Below are positions 37,965-48,070 of a stretch of DNA of 64,000 nucleotides, in pieces. The DNA lies in the NCBI GenBank assembly GCA_963706575.1, contig CAVPNL010000009.1, positions 224,001-288,000 of the forward strand. The letters run 5' to 3'. The translations under genes were made by a program, and so were the position numbers. This stretch comes from an uncultured delta proteobacterium. GTDB taxonomy: Bacteria > Desulfobacterota > Desulfobacteria > Desulfobacterales > JAHEIW01. The notes below the pieces were generated by a model. The model searched no databases. It saw only the letters and a program-made list of their open reading frames with translations, and was not told the DNA's origin. The first letter of the stretch is position 1, and each line of letters opens with the position of its first letter.

Positions 37965-39002
37965 ATGGAAGATAAAATGGCTGTTTTGGGTACCGGTGCG
38001 ATTGGCAGCAGCGTCGGAGCCGACCTTGCCAAGGCCGGCTATGACGTGATGCTCATTGATCAGTGGCCGGCGCATGTCGAGGCGATGAAAGCCGATGGTT
38101 TGCGCGTTACCATGACCGATGAAGACTTACACACACCCGTAAACGCCATCCATATTTGCGAGCTGGCGACCCTGACGGTTCCGTTCGATATCGTTTTTCT
38201 GACGGCCAAATCCTATGACAGCTGCTGGATGACCGAGCTCATCAAACCGTATTTGAAACCCGACGGCGTACTCGTATCGCTGCAGAACAGTCTCAATGAC
38301 GAACTGATTGCCCCCATCATCGGCCCCACAAGGGATGTGGGCTGTGTGGTTGAGCTGTCGGCCGAGATTTTCGAGCCGGCCAAGGTGAAACGCAACACCA
38401 CCCATACCGGCACTTGGTTTGCAGTTGGGGAGCTGCACGGCAGGGTGACCCCTCGGGCTGAGAAACTGGCCCGGATCCTCAGCTGTGCGGGCAAAACCGA
38501 TATTACCACCAACATCTGGGGCGCCAAATGGACGAAATTAATTGCCAACTCCATGTTGCAGGCCCCGATCGGTGTTCTGGGGCTCTATGAACAGGAAGCC
38601 ACCGACATTCCGGAAGTGTTTGATTTCTGCATCGAGCTTGGCCGTGAGGCCATGGCAGTTGGCACCACGCTGGGATATACGATCGAGGCCATTTACGGCC
38701 TGAGCGCCGACGAGTTCATCGGCTCAACCGATGCGGTTCTGAAGAAAAACCTTCGAACCCTGGTCAGCCATATGGGAAAAGAGGCGCGCAATTCGGTGCT
38801 GCAGGATCATTTGAAAGGGCGGTACAGTGAGGTTGATCAACTCAACGGCCTGGTGGTAAAAAAAGGCAAAGAAGCCGGTGTTCCAACGCCTTTAAATGCT
38901 GCCGTTACCGAGGTGACCCAACAGATCCAAAAAGGAGATCTGAAACCCGATCGCTCAAATCTGGAAATTCTTAAAAAACTGATGGCCGAAGCCAGGTCAT
39001 AA
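37965..39002 (+). CDS. ketopantoate reductase (PanE/ApbA) family oxidoreductase
   Basis: 'GTGAIG', 'KSYD', 'LQNS', 'WTKLIAN', 'SVLQD..GRYSEVDQLNG'. Confidence 0.88.
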   Translation: MEDKMAVLGTGAIGSSVGADLAKAGYDVMLIDQWPAHVEAMKADGLRVTMTDEDLHTPVNAIHICELATLTVPFDIVFLTAKSYDSCWMTELIKPYLKPDGVLVSLQNSLNDELIAPIIGPTRDVGCVVELSAEIFEPAKVKRNTTHTGTWFAVGELHGRVTPRAEKLARILSCAGKTDITTNIWGAKWTKLIANSMLQAPIGVLGLYEQEATDIPEVFDFCIELGREAMAVGTTLGYTIEAIYGLSADEFIGSTDAVLKKNLRTLVSHMGKEARNSVLQDHLKGRYSEVDQLNGLVVKKGKEAGVPTPLNAAVTEVTQQIQKGDLKPDRSNLEILKKLMAEARS

Positions 39003-39120
39003 TCCGGTTCCGTTTTGCATTCATGCGGGAGGCATTTTTTCAAATGAAAGGAGGTGTGCATAGGACGGTAAAGAGAAACCAACCAAAATTCCAACCACGA
39101 TAGCATCAAGGAGGTGGGAT

Positions 39121-40131
39121 ATGAGAAAACAACGTCATTTCTCTAAGATTTTCTGGGGATTTCTTATCTTTCTTTTTGTCATTGCGTTTACAGCAAATCT
39201 TGCATCCGCCGCAGACCAATACATCCGTCTGGGGTGCGGTGGACCGGGCGGGTCCTGGTTCAAGATGGTCGGCGGACTTTCATCGCTTTATAACAAAAAA
39301 ATTGAAAATGTTAATGTGAGCGCCGTATCGTCCGGCGGCTCCGTGGCACTCATGCGGCTGATTCGAAAGGGCGAATTGGAAGCCACCTTTACCCATACGC
39401 TGACGGCTTATGACAGCTGGAACGGCGTGGGCAAGTTTGAAAAAGAGGGGTCCTGGAAGGGCATCCGCATGATGACCGGCATGTATGAGAGCGTGCATCA
39501 CTTTGTCGTGCGTGAGGACAGCGGCATCAAAAGCATGGGTGACCTGGTCGGCAAGCGCGTCAACGTGGGTTCACCCGGCAGCGGATCTGCCGCCAATTCG
39601 ACGATTATTCTTGAGGGCCTGGGCCTCTATGACCAGGTAAAAATAAACAACTTGAGCTTCGGTGACGCGGGCCGCGCCGTGGGGGATGGGCAAATGGATG
39701 CTTTGGGGATGAGCGGCGCACCCATGGCCGCCGTGGTCACGTTGGAGGCCTCCCGCAAAATTCGCGTGCTGGGATTCAGCGATGCGGAGTTTAAAAAAAT
39801 ATTTGCCAAATCGCCATTTTACTACAAGACCACCCTGCCTGCCGGCGTTTACAAGTCATGGAACCAGCCGACGGATCTTATCGCCTTTCAGGTTTACTGG
39901 ATCGCCCATGAAAAATTTGATCCCGAAGCGGTCTACAAGATGCTGAAGGTGGCCTATGATCCCGGCAACAAGGAATACCTCAAAAGTGTTCACCGACAGT
40001 TTGCCGGCATGAGTGCGGCTTTGCAACCGATGAAAGGATTGGGGATACCCTTGCATCCCGGCGCCGTAAAATACTGGAAAGAAAAGGGCATGGACATTCC
40101 CGCGGAGCTGATCCCTCCGGAGATGAAGTAG
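39121..40131 (+). CDS. TAXI-family TRAP substrate-binding protein
   Basis: 'GGPGGSW', 'SSGGSV', 'GKRVNVGSPGSG', 'IPLHPGAVKYW'. Confidence 0.93.
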   Translation: MRKQRHFSKIFWGFLIFLFVIAFTANLASAADQYIRLGCGGPGGSWFKMVGGLSSLYNKKIENVNVSAVSSGGSVALMRLIRKGELEATFTHTLTAYDSWNGVGKFEKEGSWKGIRMMTGMYESVHHFVVREDSGIKSMGDLVGKRVNVGSPGSGSAANSTIILEGLGLYDQVKINNLSFGDAGRAVGDGQMDALGMSGAPMAAVVTLEASRKIRVLGFSDAEFKKIFAKSPFYYKTTLPAGVYKSWNQPTDLIAFQVYWIAHEKFDPEAVYKMLKVAYDPGNKEYLKSVHRQFAGMSAALQPMKGLGIPLHPGAVKYWKEKGMDIPAELIPPEMK

Positions 40132-40156
40132 CGTTAAATCGGTTCGCTCAAATTAA

Positions 40157-40210
40157 GGCACCGTTCATATCCTCCGCCAAAAAACAGGCGGCGGGATTTT
40201 GGACGGTGCC
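40157..40210 (+). terminator. stem-loop after the SBP gene (mRNA stabiliser/attenuator)
   Basis: GGCACCGTTC..CCGCC-aaaaaaca-GGCGG..GGACGGTGCC. Confidence 0.55.
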
Positions 40211-40246
40211 TGCTGATTTTTACAGATCGATAAAAGGGATGGTGGC

Positions 40247-42127
40247 ATGACGCAGGATACCAGCGGCGAGACCCGGGAACGCATGCGGCGATTGAGGGGA
40301 AGAACCGCCTGGGTCGCCAGCAGCATTGCTGCGGTGTTTTCGTTGTTTTATATCTACACCGCCGGTTTCGGATTGATCTCCACGGAGGTGCACCGGGGTT
40401 TGTACATCCTGTTTACCATGCTGCTTTGTTTTATACTCTACCCCGCGCGGAAAGCATCGCCGGCCAACCGGATATCCCTTATGGATGGAATCCTGTGTTT
40501 GCTTGTCTTGTTTGCGGTTATCTATTGGATTGTCGAATTTTCCGAATATGCCACCGAACGGGTTCGAAATCCCGTGCCGGCCGACATCGTCATGGGGATC
40601 ATTATTACCGTCCTTTCCCTGGAAGTGGCCCGTCGTACCATCAATTGGGTATTGCCCATCCTGGCCGCTGTATTTCTGCTGTATGCCTACTTTGGTCGTT
40701 TGGTGCCCGGAATCCTGGGTCATCCGGGCTTTTCCATCGTCAACATCGTGGAAAGCATCGGGTGTGATATGAGTGGGATTTATGGAATTGTTGCCAACAC
40801 CTATGCGACCTTTGTATTTCCGTTTATCATCTTCGCTTCTTTTCTAAAAGCTGCGGGCGCCGGAGACGCGATCGAAAATCTGGCGATGGCCATCGCCGGG
40901 GGAACCCGTGGAGGCCCCGCCAAAGTGGCCGTCGTGTCCAGCGGCATTATTGGTTCGATTACCGGCTCTTCGGCTGCCAATGCCGTGGCGACCGGGGCCT
41001 ATACCATCCCGTTAATGAAAAGGACAGGCTATAAAGCGCATGTGGCGGCGGGTGTAGAAGCGGCGGCATCCAGCGGCGGGCAGATGTTGCCACCGGTGAT
41101 GGGCGCCGGGGCATTTTTGCTGGCCACCTTTACCGAAACGGCCTATGTGGACATTATTAAAATTGCCGCCATTCCGGCTGTGCTATACTTTTTCTCCGTA
41201 GGCTGGATGGTGCATTTTATTGCCGGGCGCGAAGGGTTAAAAGGCTTACCCAAAGACCAACTCCCAAAGCTCAAAACCGTCATCCTGAAACAGGGTTACC
41301 TCCTGCTTCCGGTTGTGATCATATTGGTGCTTTTAATCGCCCGTTACTCTCCCCAAAAGGCCGCTTTCGGGGCCATCATCTGCACGATCGCCCTGAGTTA
41401 TGTCAAGAAAGAAACCCGTCTGGGTCCGCGTAAACTTTTAGATACCCTCATTATAGCTGCCAGAAATTCTCTGGTCGTTGGTGCGACAGCTGGCACCGTC
41501 GGTATTATTGTCGGAATAACCCTGATGGCCGGTATCGGAATAAAATTTTCGGCCCTCATACTGGGCTTTTCCCAGGGGCTGCTGCCGTTGACCATCATCT
41601 TAACGGCGCTTGCATCCTATATCATGGGTATGGGTTTAACGGTCACGGCTTCCTATGTGGTGGTGTCGGTACTGGCGGTCCCTGCAATGGTTGAACTGGC
41701 CGTGCCCGTCGTCGCAGCGCATCTGGTCGTTTTCTGGTACGTGGAGACCGGCCAGGTCACCCCACCGGTGGCGTTGGCCGCCTTTGCGGCTTCGGGGATT
41801 GCGCGCTGTGATCCCAACAAGGCCGGGTTTGCGGCGGTTCGGCTGGCGTCACCGCTGTTGATCACACCGGTTCTGTTTGTCTACACCCCGATATTGTTAA
41901 ATGGTCCGATGCCTGCGATTATCGAAACGGTCGTTAGCGCCACCGTTGGTTTTGTGGCATATGCCGGAATGATGCAGGGGTTCTGGTTTAGACGCACACC
42001 GCTATTGGAGCGAGCTATACTGGGGCTTGCCGCCGTGTGCCTGTTTATCCCCAGCATTTATACCGATCTTGTCGGACTTGCGATTCTTGGCGGAGTGACC
42101 GTGCTAAATCGCAAACATGCCGACTGA
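40247..42127 (+). CDS. TRAP transporter fused 4TM/12TM permease (TAXI type)
   Basis: 'GGPAKVAVVSS', 'GSSAANA', 'EAAASSGGQMLPPVMGAGAF', 'TPPVALAAFA'. Confidence 0.94.
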   Translation: MTQDTSGETRERMRRLRGRTAWVASSIAAVFSLFYIYTAGFGLISTEVHRGLYILFTMLLCFILYPARKASPANRISLMDGILCLLVLFAVIYWIVEFSEYATERVRNPVPADIVMGIIITVLSLEVARRTINWVLPILAAVFLLYAYFGRLVPGILGHPGFSIVNIVESIGCDMSGIYGIVANTYATFVFPFIIFASFLKAAGAGDAIENLAMAIAGGTRGGPAKVAVVSSGIIGSITGSSAANAVATGAYTIPLMKRTGYKAHVAAGVEAAASSGGQMLPPVMGAGAFLLATFTETAYVDIIKIAAIPAVLYFFSVGWMVHFIAGREGLKGLPKDQLPKLKTVILKQGYLLLPVVIILVLLIARYSPQKAAFGAIICTIALSYVKKETRLGPRKLLDTLIIAARNSLVVGATAGTVGIIVGITLMAGIGIKFSALILGFSQGLLPLTIILTALASYIMGMGLTVTASYVVVSVLAVPAMVELAVPVVAAHLVVFWYVETGQVTPPVALAAFAASGIARCDPNKAGFAAVRLASPLLITPVLFVYTPILLNGPMPAIIETVVSATVGFVAYAGMMQGFWFRRTPLLERAILGLAAVCLFIPSIYTDLVGLAILGGVTVLNRKHAD

Positions 42128-42160
42128 TTCAAAGGTTCAATGTACAAGGACTTGTTGGAT

Positions 42161-42252
42161 TCGTTTTATTAGTTTCATTGGTTGAATTGGTTGGTTTAAA
42201 CCGAACCAATTGAACGAATTAAACCAATCAAACCAATTAAACAAATATAACA
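42161..42252. repeat. inverted-arm element of ATTGGTT(N2)/AACCAAT nonamers
   Basis: attagtttcattggttgaattggttgg ... aaccaattgaacgaattaaaccaatcaaaccaattaaac. Confidence 0.75.
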
Positions 42253-42305
42253 CCATTGTAAATTCGTAGCGGAATGCAATACTATAACCTATGGGAGTAG
42301 AAAAT

Positions 42306-43271
42306 ATGTCGGTAATGATTACAGGCATCAACGGGATGACCGGTCTACACACGGCAAAATTATTGCTGGAAGAAGGCCTGGATGTTGTGGGTTATGACAA
42401 CAACCGCAACGGTGAGCTGGCGTTCTACCCGGAGGTTGAAGGCAAGATCCGATTTGTCTGGGGCGATATCGTCCACTTCGGACATCTTCTTGAAACCGTC
42501 GAAGAAAACGGGGTTGACCACATCATTCATCTGGCAGCGTTGCGCAACGAAGTGCTCTATAAAACCATTCCCACCGAGCTGTTGCGTGTCAATATCGGCG
42601 GGCTGACCAACATCCTGGAACTGGCACGAATCGGCAAAATCAAACGCATTATTTTTGCCAGCTCTGCGTCGGTTTACGGCCAGATGGACGATCCCGACCA
42701 AAGCATTCCAGAAGACGCACCATTGGATCCCAAGGGAATTTATGCCAACAGCAAGGCCATGTGTGAAAGCCTGTGTCGGGCATACCGTAATGTCTATGAT
42801 ATCAAGGTACTGGTTTTAAGACCTTCGAGAGTGTACGGTCGACTGGCCAATCTGGATACCCTCGAATTCGGCAACCCCATATCCTCATTTGTCTATAAAC
42901 TTTTGCAGGGAAAATCGATCGAAGAGAGCAGTGGTGCCGATTTTGGCGGCGATTTCACATATGTACCCGATCTGGCATACGGCTGTTATCGGGCGCTGGT
43001 AACCCCCCAACCGCAAAATTGGATTTTTAATATCAGCAACGGGGAGTTTTATCGACTGTCCGAGGTCGCTGCCGCTCTGGGCGAAATTTTTCCCAAAGCC
43101 CGCATTTCCATCGGCCCCGGCAGGCATCCTTACATCACCCAATCCCCGATGCGCGGCCCGCTGGATATTGGTCGTGCCCAAAAAGAGTTATCTTTCAGTG
43201 TTGCGCGCGATTTAAAAGGATCGCTTGAACATTTTATCGAGACATTGCAACAGCGCCAGGTCATACAATAG
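42306..43271 (+). CDS. NAD-dependent epimerase/dehydratase (extended SDR)
   Basis: 'ITGINGMTG', 'HLAA', 'SSASVYG', 'YANSK', 'DFTYVPD'. Confidence 0.9.
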   Translation: MSVMITGINGMTGLHTAKLLLEEGLDVVGYDNNRNGELAFYPEVEGKIRFVWGDIVHFGHLLETVEENGVDHIIHLAALRNEVLYKTIPTELLRVNIGGLTNILELARIGKIKRIIFASSASVYGQMDDPDQSIPEDAPLDPKGIYANSKAMCESLCRAYRNVYDIKVLVLRPSRVYGRLANLDTLEFGNPISSFVYKLLQGKSIEESSGADFGGDFTYVPDLAYGCYRALVTPQPQNWIFNISNGEFYRLSEVAAALGEIFPKARISIGPGRHPYITQSPMRGPLDIGRAQKELSFSVARDLKGSLEHFIETLQQRQVIQ

Positions 43272-43415
43272 TTAATCAGTATTTATCCGGAACGGGCCAT
43301 TTTTCGCTTTGCCCTGGTGAGCTGCGTTCGCAATCGCAAAGGGCTGAGCGCAAAACGCTATGCTGCTTTGTTCCATGCGCCATACGTTTGGCTCCTCCTC
43401 GGTGGGATTCGCCGC

Positions 43416-44063
43416 TTAATTTCGGGCTTTTTGAATAGCAGACAGGTATTGCCTGGATTTTTCAATGATGGCTTCGGTATTGCCGCTTTTAAGTGCATCC
43501 TGGGGAACAAGATCCCCGCCAGCCCCCACAAAGAGCGCACCACTTTTCAGGAATTTTGGCAAATTTTCCAGGTTGACACCTCCGGTGGGCACCAGTGGAA
43601 TATGCGGTAGGGGCTCGTGAATCATTTGCAGATATTTTGGGCCGTTGACAGCTGCAGCCGGAAAAATTTTTACCGCATCCGCACCGGCTTGCCAGGTGGT
43701 CAAAATTTCGGTCGGTGTCAACGCCCCGCCGATGACGCAAACATTGAAGTTTTTGCACTGACGAATAATATCAGTGTTCAATATAGGCGTTACAATAAAT
43801 TGGCTTCCGACATCTAAGGCCTCCAGGCACTGGGAAATATCTGTAACGGTTCCAGCTCCAATAATGAGGCGGTTTCCGAATTTTTGCAGTAGCTTTTCAA
43901 TGATTGTGATCGCATTCGGGGTTGTCATCGTAATCTCAGCAATCGGTATGCCGCCTTTCATGAGTGCTTCAACCGCATCAAAAGCTTCCTTTTCTAATTC
44001 GGTTCTCACCACCGGCACAACTCCGACCTGAATCATTTTCTTTAATATCCGGTTATGACCCAT
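43416..44063 (-). CDS. eda: KDPG/KHG aldolase
   Basis: 'VVPVVR', 'AEIT', 'GAGTV', 'GALTPTEI', 'VKIFPA', 'PTGGV'. Confidence 0.9.
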   Translation of the reverse strand: MGHNRILKKMIQVGVVPVVRTELEKEAFDAVEALMKGGIPIAEITMTTPNAITIIEKLLQKFGNRLIIGAGTVTDISQCLEALDVGSQFIVTPILNTDIIRQCKNFNVCVIGGALTPTEILTTWQAGADAVKIFPAAAVNGPKYLQMIHEPLPHIPLVPTGGVNLENLPKFLKSGALFVGAGGDLVPQDALKSGNTEAIIEKSRQYLSAIQKARN

Positions 44064-44156
44064 AATAAGATTCCTTGTCTAAAGCCATTTTCAGGATTAT
44101 TTTTGCGATCGAAGGCTGCATGCGGCATGCACCGGATGATAAATGACCCTGTCAGC

Positions 44157-45137
44157 TCAACTTGACTCCCATGGGTTAACCCAGCAGCTTGGTCTTTCGC
44201 CAGTCAAGACTTTACGGATTTCTTTGGCCCCTCGAGTTTGAAGCTCTTCAACCGAGTCCTTTGAATACCAGCCCACATGCCCGGATAACACCACATTCCT
44301 CAATTTCAGTAAGGGATGATCCTGCCTGGGTGGTTCGTCTTCAAAAACGTCCAATCCCGCCGCAAGGATCCAGTTCTCCTCCAGCGCCTGAACCAATGCC
44401 TTTTCATCGATCACCTCGCCACGGGACGTGTTTATCAGTATAGCGCTTGGCTTCATTTTGCGCAGAGCGCTGGCATTGATCATTTGCTTGGTTTCAGGGG
44501 TAAGGGGCATGTGCAAAGAGATATAGTCGCTCTGCGCTAAAAGGGTTTCAAGGTCTGCCTCTCTGCCACCTCGTTTTCGGATGACTTCTCCGGTTGCTAA
44601 AGGATCATAGATCAGCACTTTTTGGGGCAGGAACCCTTTCCATTTCCGATGGAATGCCTGACCGATTTGTCCGTATCCGATTAGACCCAGCGTTTTGCCG
44701 GTTGTTCGATAAATTTCATCTGTAATATCGGTTTCGAGTATGCCCTGCCGAAGGCGGCGGTCTCTAAACAGAAGCCCGCGGATACAGGCCAAGAGCAATG
44801 CAACTGCATGGTCTGATACTTCCTCTGTACCGTATCCGGGGAGATTGGCCACAAAAATTTTTTTTTGTCTTGCAACTTCAAGATCAATATTATCCACACC
44901 AACGCCGTAACGTACAATGACTTTGCATCGCTTTAGAGATTCAAGAACGCGTCCGGGTATGGGCGCTTCTCTGACCAGGATGCCATCTGCATCCCTGGCT
45001 ATTGCGAGAACATCATCTGCCGTTTGACAATCATCGCGTGCCAAAACCAATTCAGCGCCGATGGGCTCTAGTATCTGTCGCTCAACATCATAGCACTCAT
45101 AACCCAGGTTAACGACGACAACTTTATACTTAGCCAT
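44157..45137 (-). CDS. D-2-hydroxyacid dehydrogenase (CtBP-like)
   Basis: 'RYGVGVDNID', 'EVSDHA', 'GYGQIG', 'NTSRG', 'LDVFEDEP', 'GHVGWYS'. Confidence 0.92.
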   Translation of the reverse strand: MAKYKVVVVNLGYECYDVERQILEPIGAELVLARDDCQTADDVLAIARDADGILVREAPIPGRVLESLKRCKVIVRYGVGVDNIDLEVARQKKIFVANLPGYGTEEVSDHAVALLLACIRGLLFRDRRLRQGILETDITDEIYRTTGKTLGLIGYGQIGQAFHRKWKGFLPQKVLIYDPLATGEVIRKRGGREADLETLLAQSDYISLHMPLTPETKQMINASALRKMKPSAILINTSRGEVIDEKALVQALEENWILAAGLDVFEDEPPRQDHPLLKLRNVVLSGHVGWYSKDSVEELQTRGAKEIRKVLTGERPSCWVNPWESS

Positions 45138-45180
45138 TGTTCCTTCCGAATGGATTAGACTTTTTTTACAGGCTCAAAAA

Positions 45181-46143
45181 TCAGATATTTTGTTCGTCCA
45201 TCAGAGCGGCGACCGCTTCGGGTTTAGGAATGGGCGTTACAGCCCCCAGACCTTTGGTCGAAAGCGCAGCGGCTGCGTTGGCAAACCGCACACACTTTTC
45301 CAACGGCCATGCAGATATATAGCCCACAACAAAAGCACCGTCGAACGTATCACCGGCTCCAGTCATATCAATCGGTTCCACTTTATAAGGTGAAAATTTT
45401 TGAGTTTGAATGTGAGAAGAACCATCGCGTTCTTTCTCAAAGGCAAGCAACGCCCCTTCTGCGCCTAATTTAAGTACCAAGACTTTTGGCCCCAGGCTCA
45501 GATAAAACCTGGCAATTTCCTCTATATCCTGTATCCCGGTTAACACCGTTGCATCTTCCAGACTCGGCAGAAATATATCTGCCAGAGAAGCCGTCTGATG
45601 AATAATGGCTTTTGCTCGATCCAATGGCCAGAGTTTCAGCCTCAGGTTGGGATCGTATGAAACCAATACGCCGGCGTCTTTTGCCGCCGCAATCGCAGCA
45701 AAAACGGTATCACAAGCGGAGGTGCTGATTCCCTGACTGATTCCGGAAACATGCAAAAGCTTTGCTTTGCGAATGTAATCATCAGGAATAAATTCAGGCC
45801 TCATGCGGCTTGCAGCGGAATTTTTACGATAATAGGTAAAATAGTGCGCGTTGCCTTTTCTAGAGATAAAATAAATACCGGTGGGCGCCTCGGCATCTCG
45901 TTCCACTTGACTTGTATCAACACCCTCTTTCTGCCATAGCTTGATGAAGCTTTCAGCAAACTCGTCATCGCCCAGGCGCGTAAGATATCCGACACTTCCT
46001 CCCAGTCGACTCGCTGCGATCGCAAAGTTGGATGTATCTCCTCCCCACCCTACGGCAAAGTGTTCCACCTCTGACAGGGAGCCTTCTTCGGTTGCATTAA
46101 ACTCCAGCATCGGCTCACCCAGGGAAATAATTTCGGGTTGCAT
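45181..46143 (-). CDS. kdgK: PfkB sugar kinase, 2-keto-3-deoxygluconate kinase-like
   Basis: 'GEPMLE', 'GGDTSN', 'YYRKNSAAS', 'YDPNLRLKLW', 'DMTGAGDTFDG'. Confidence 0.85.
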   Translation of the reverse strand: MQPEIISLGEPMLEFNATEEGSLSEVEHFAVGWGGDTSNFAIAASRLGGSVGYLTRLGDDEFAESFIKLWQKEGVDTSQVERDAEAPTGIYFISRKGNAHYFTYYRKNSAASRMRPEFIPDDYIRKAKLLHVSGISQGISTSACDTVFAAIAAAKDAGVLVSYDPNLRLKLWPLDRAKAIIHQTASLADIFLPSLEDATVLTGIQDIEEIARFYLSLGPKVLVLKLGAEGALLAFEKERDGSSHIQTQKFSPYKVEPIDMTGAGDTFDGAFVVGYISAWPLEKCVRFANAAAALSTKGLGAVTPIPKPEAVAALMDEQNI

Positions 46144-46152
46144 ACGCCTCTC

Positions 46153-46803
46153 CTATATCCGCTTATATTTGGCCAGGCCTTCGCGTAGAGACTTCGTCTC
46201 ACGGATGAGTTTGGCCTGTTCAGCCTCTCGCATTTCAATTTCGGTCGCAATTTCAAGAACCGCTTCGATATGCGCCTGCGGTACGACGACGACTCCGTCC
46301 AGATCTGCGACAATCAGATCGCCGGGATGTACGGTGATGCTGCCGCAAACAATCGGTTCATTGGATGAGAGGGTTTTGAAGTGGCCCACCGTCGTGCCGG
46401 GTGAGACGCTGCGTGCAAAAACCTGAAAGCCGGAATCCCTTCGAATCTCGGTCACGTCCCTGACGCCGCCGTCAAGCACGGCTCCGGCCAGATTGTTTGC
46501 GTCTGCGCCGGCTGTCATTAACCCGCCCCAAACAGCTACATTGGTTTCGGCATCAATACTGATGACGATCACACTGCCTTCTGGAGATTCATCGATTGCG
46601 TCCAAAGCATGTTGGGGCGGTAGTGCCTCATCGGTGGGACCTTCTTGAACCGTCACGGCGGGGCCGACAATCTTTTTATCGTTAATTCGAGGTTTAATCG
46701 AATGATCCATATGTCCCCGCTTCCCGGCAACCTGTTCAACCGCGTCCGCTACTGAGGCAGATGCCACCTTCATAAATCCATCGATAATATCTTTTGTTAT
46801 CAA
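46153..46803 (-). CDS. RraA-family protein (HMG/CHA aldolase-like)
   Basis: 'VADA', 'GPAVTV', 'AVWGGLM', 'DGGVRD', 'PGDLIVADLDGVVVVP'; TTG start after AAGGAGG. Confidence 0.88.
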   Translation of the reverse strand: MITKDIIDGFMKVASASVADAVEQVAGKRGHMDHSIKPRINDKKIVGPAVTVQEGPTDEALPPQHALDAIDESPEGSVIVISIDAETNVAVWGGLMTAGADANNLAGAVLDGGVRDVTEIRRDSGFQVFARSVSPGTTVGHFKTLSSNEPIVCGSITVHPGDLIVADLDGVVVVPQAHIEAVLEIATEIEMREAEQAKLIRETKSLREGLAKYKRI

Positions 46804-46920
46804 AGTTTCCTCCTTCTGCATGGGGCCGTACTTCATCCCTCCATTTTTAAACGGCATGGATGGTAAATCCGGTTAGTGGAAATACGTTGCGGCCTTTTTA
46901 CTTCTGAATAAATGAAATAG

Positions 46921-47007
46921 GGGTGATAGCTTTACCGGCATTCATTTCAACCGTTTAAATATTCCAGAACCAGCGGTATGGTTGTCAATCGGATAAAGCT
47001 ATCACCC
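46921..47007 (-). terminator. long inverted repeat after dctP
   Basis: GGGTGATAGCTTTA ... TAAAGCTATCACCC. Confidence 0.6.
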
Positions 47008-47028
47008 ATTTGTTTGGCAATAACCTGC

Positions 47029-48048
47029 TTAATAATTTTTCTTACGGTAATCTTCAATGGCCGCAAATAGCTTATCCACCCATTCGCTGCCAATTTGCTC
47101 TTTTACCCATTCAACCACCGCAGGTTGAGCTTTTTTGCGAAAAGCAGCTACCTGGTCGGGTGTCAAGGGCGTCACCTGCATGCCGACGCCAGTGAGGATT
47201 GTCGGCGCATTGGTGTCCTGGGCGGACGTCATGCCACGATGAATAATTTTGGCTATTTCCACACCCCTTTGGACAACTTTCTGTTCGGAGGGTGTCAGGC
47301 TTTGGTAAAACCGATCATTCATCATATAGGCATGCCAGCTGTAGACATGACCGTCGAGGGAGATGTATTTCTGGTTCTGGTACAGGCTGGCAGCCAGAAT
47401 ATTCGTCACCCCGTTTTCTTGGCCGTCAACTACGCCCTGCTGTAAGGCTGCCGGCAACTCCGGCCAGGGAACCGGCGAAGGGCTGGCGCCGAGGGAAGAT
47501 ACCAATTTACTCCAAATTGGCCCGGGCATGACCCGAATTTTAAGCCCTTTCATATCATCCGGTGATTGGATGACACGCTTGCTGTTGGTAAAATGCCGGA
47601 TTCCGTTATCAGCCAGAGCAAACATGCGAATACCGGTCTCCTTGCGCATGGCTTCCGCAAGTTCCTGACCAAAGGAGCCATCGACCACCGACCAGGCCAT
47701 GGCCTGATCGTCAAATAAGTAAGGAATCGCATAAACCATAAACGGCTTGAACACCGGTGAGATCGGGCCGTCATGTACAACGCCCATTTCTATACTGCCA
47801 AGCTTCAGCCCTTCGAGCACCGTGATGGCGTTGCCCAGCTGGCTTGCGGGATAAATCTCAACTTTCAGCGAGCCTTTGGTGCCGGCTTCCACATAGTTTT
47901 TAAAGGCCAGAGCGGCTGCTTGTTTGGGTTGGTCCAGCTTTGCCGGCTGGAAGTGTGAGTACTTGATAACTTTTGGCCCTGCGGATGCAATACCGGGCAG
48001 AACCAAGACCATAACCAACAATACAAAAAACCACTTTCTTGCTTTCAT
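47029..48048 (-). CDS. dctP: TRAP transporter substrate-binding protein DctP
   Basis: 'IYPASQLG', 'NGIRHFTN', 'DMKGLKIRV', 'ALQQGVVDGQEN'. Confidence 0.94.
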   Translation of the reverse strand: MKARKWFFVLLVMVLVLPGIASAGPKVIKYSHFQPAKLDQPKQAAALAFKNYVEAGTKGSLKVEIYPASQLGNAITVLEGLKLGSIEMGVVHDGPISPVFKPFMVYAIPYLFDDQAMAWSVVDGSFGQELAEAMRKETGIRMFALADNGIRHFTNSKRVIQSPDDMKGLKIRVMPGPIWSKLVSSLGASPSPVPWPELPAALQQGVVDGQENGVTNILAASLYQNQKYISLDGHVYSWHAYMMNDRFYQSLTPSEQKVVQRGVEIAKIIHRGMTSAQDTNAPTILTGVGMQVTPLTPDQVAAFRKKAQPAVVEWVKEQIGSEWVDKLFAAIEDYRKKNY

Positions 48049-48070
48049 TGCAAATTTCTCCTTTCGCTGA

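Noticed and set aside
11724..42252. Short tandem repeats as CRISPR arrays
   Set aside because: Units are 7-9 nt, lack unique spacers, form inverted arms, and no cas genes are present.
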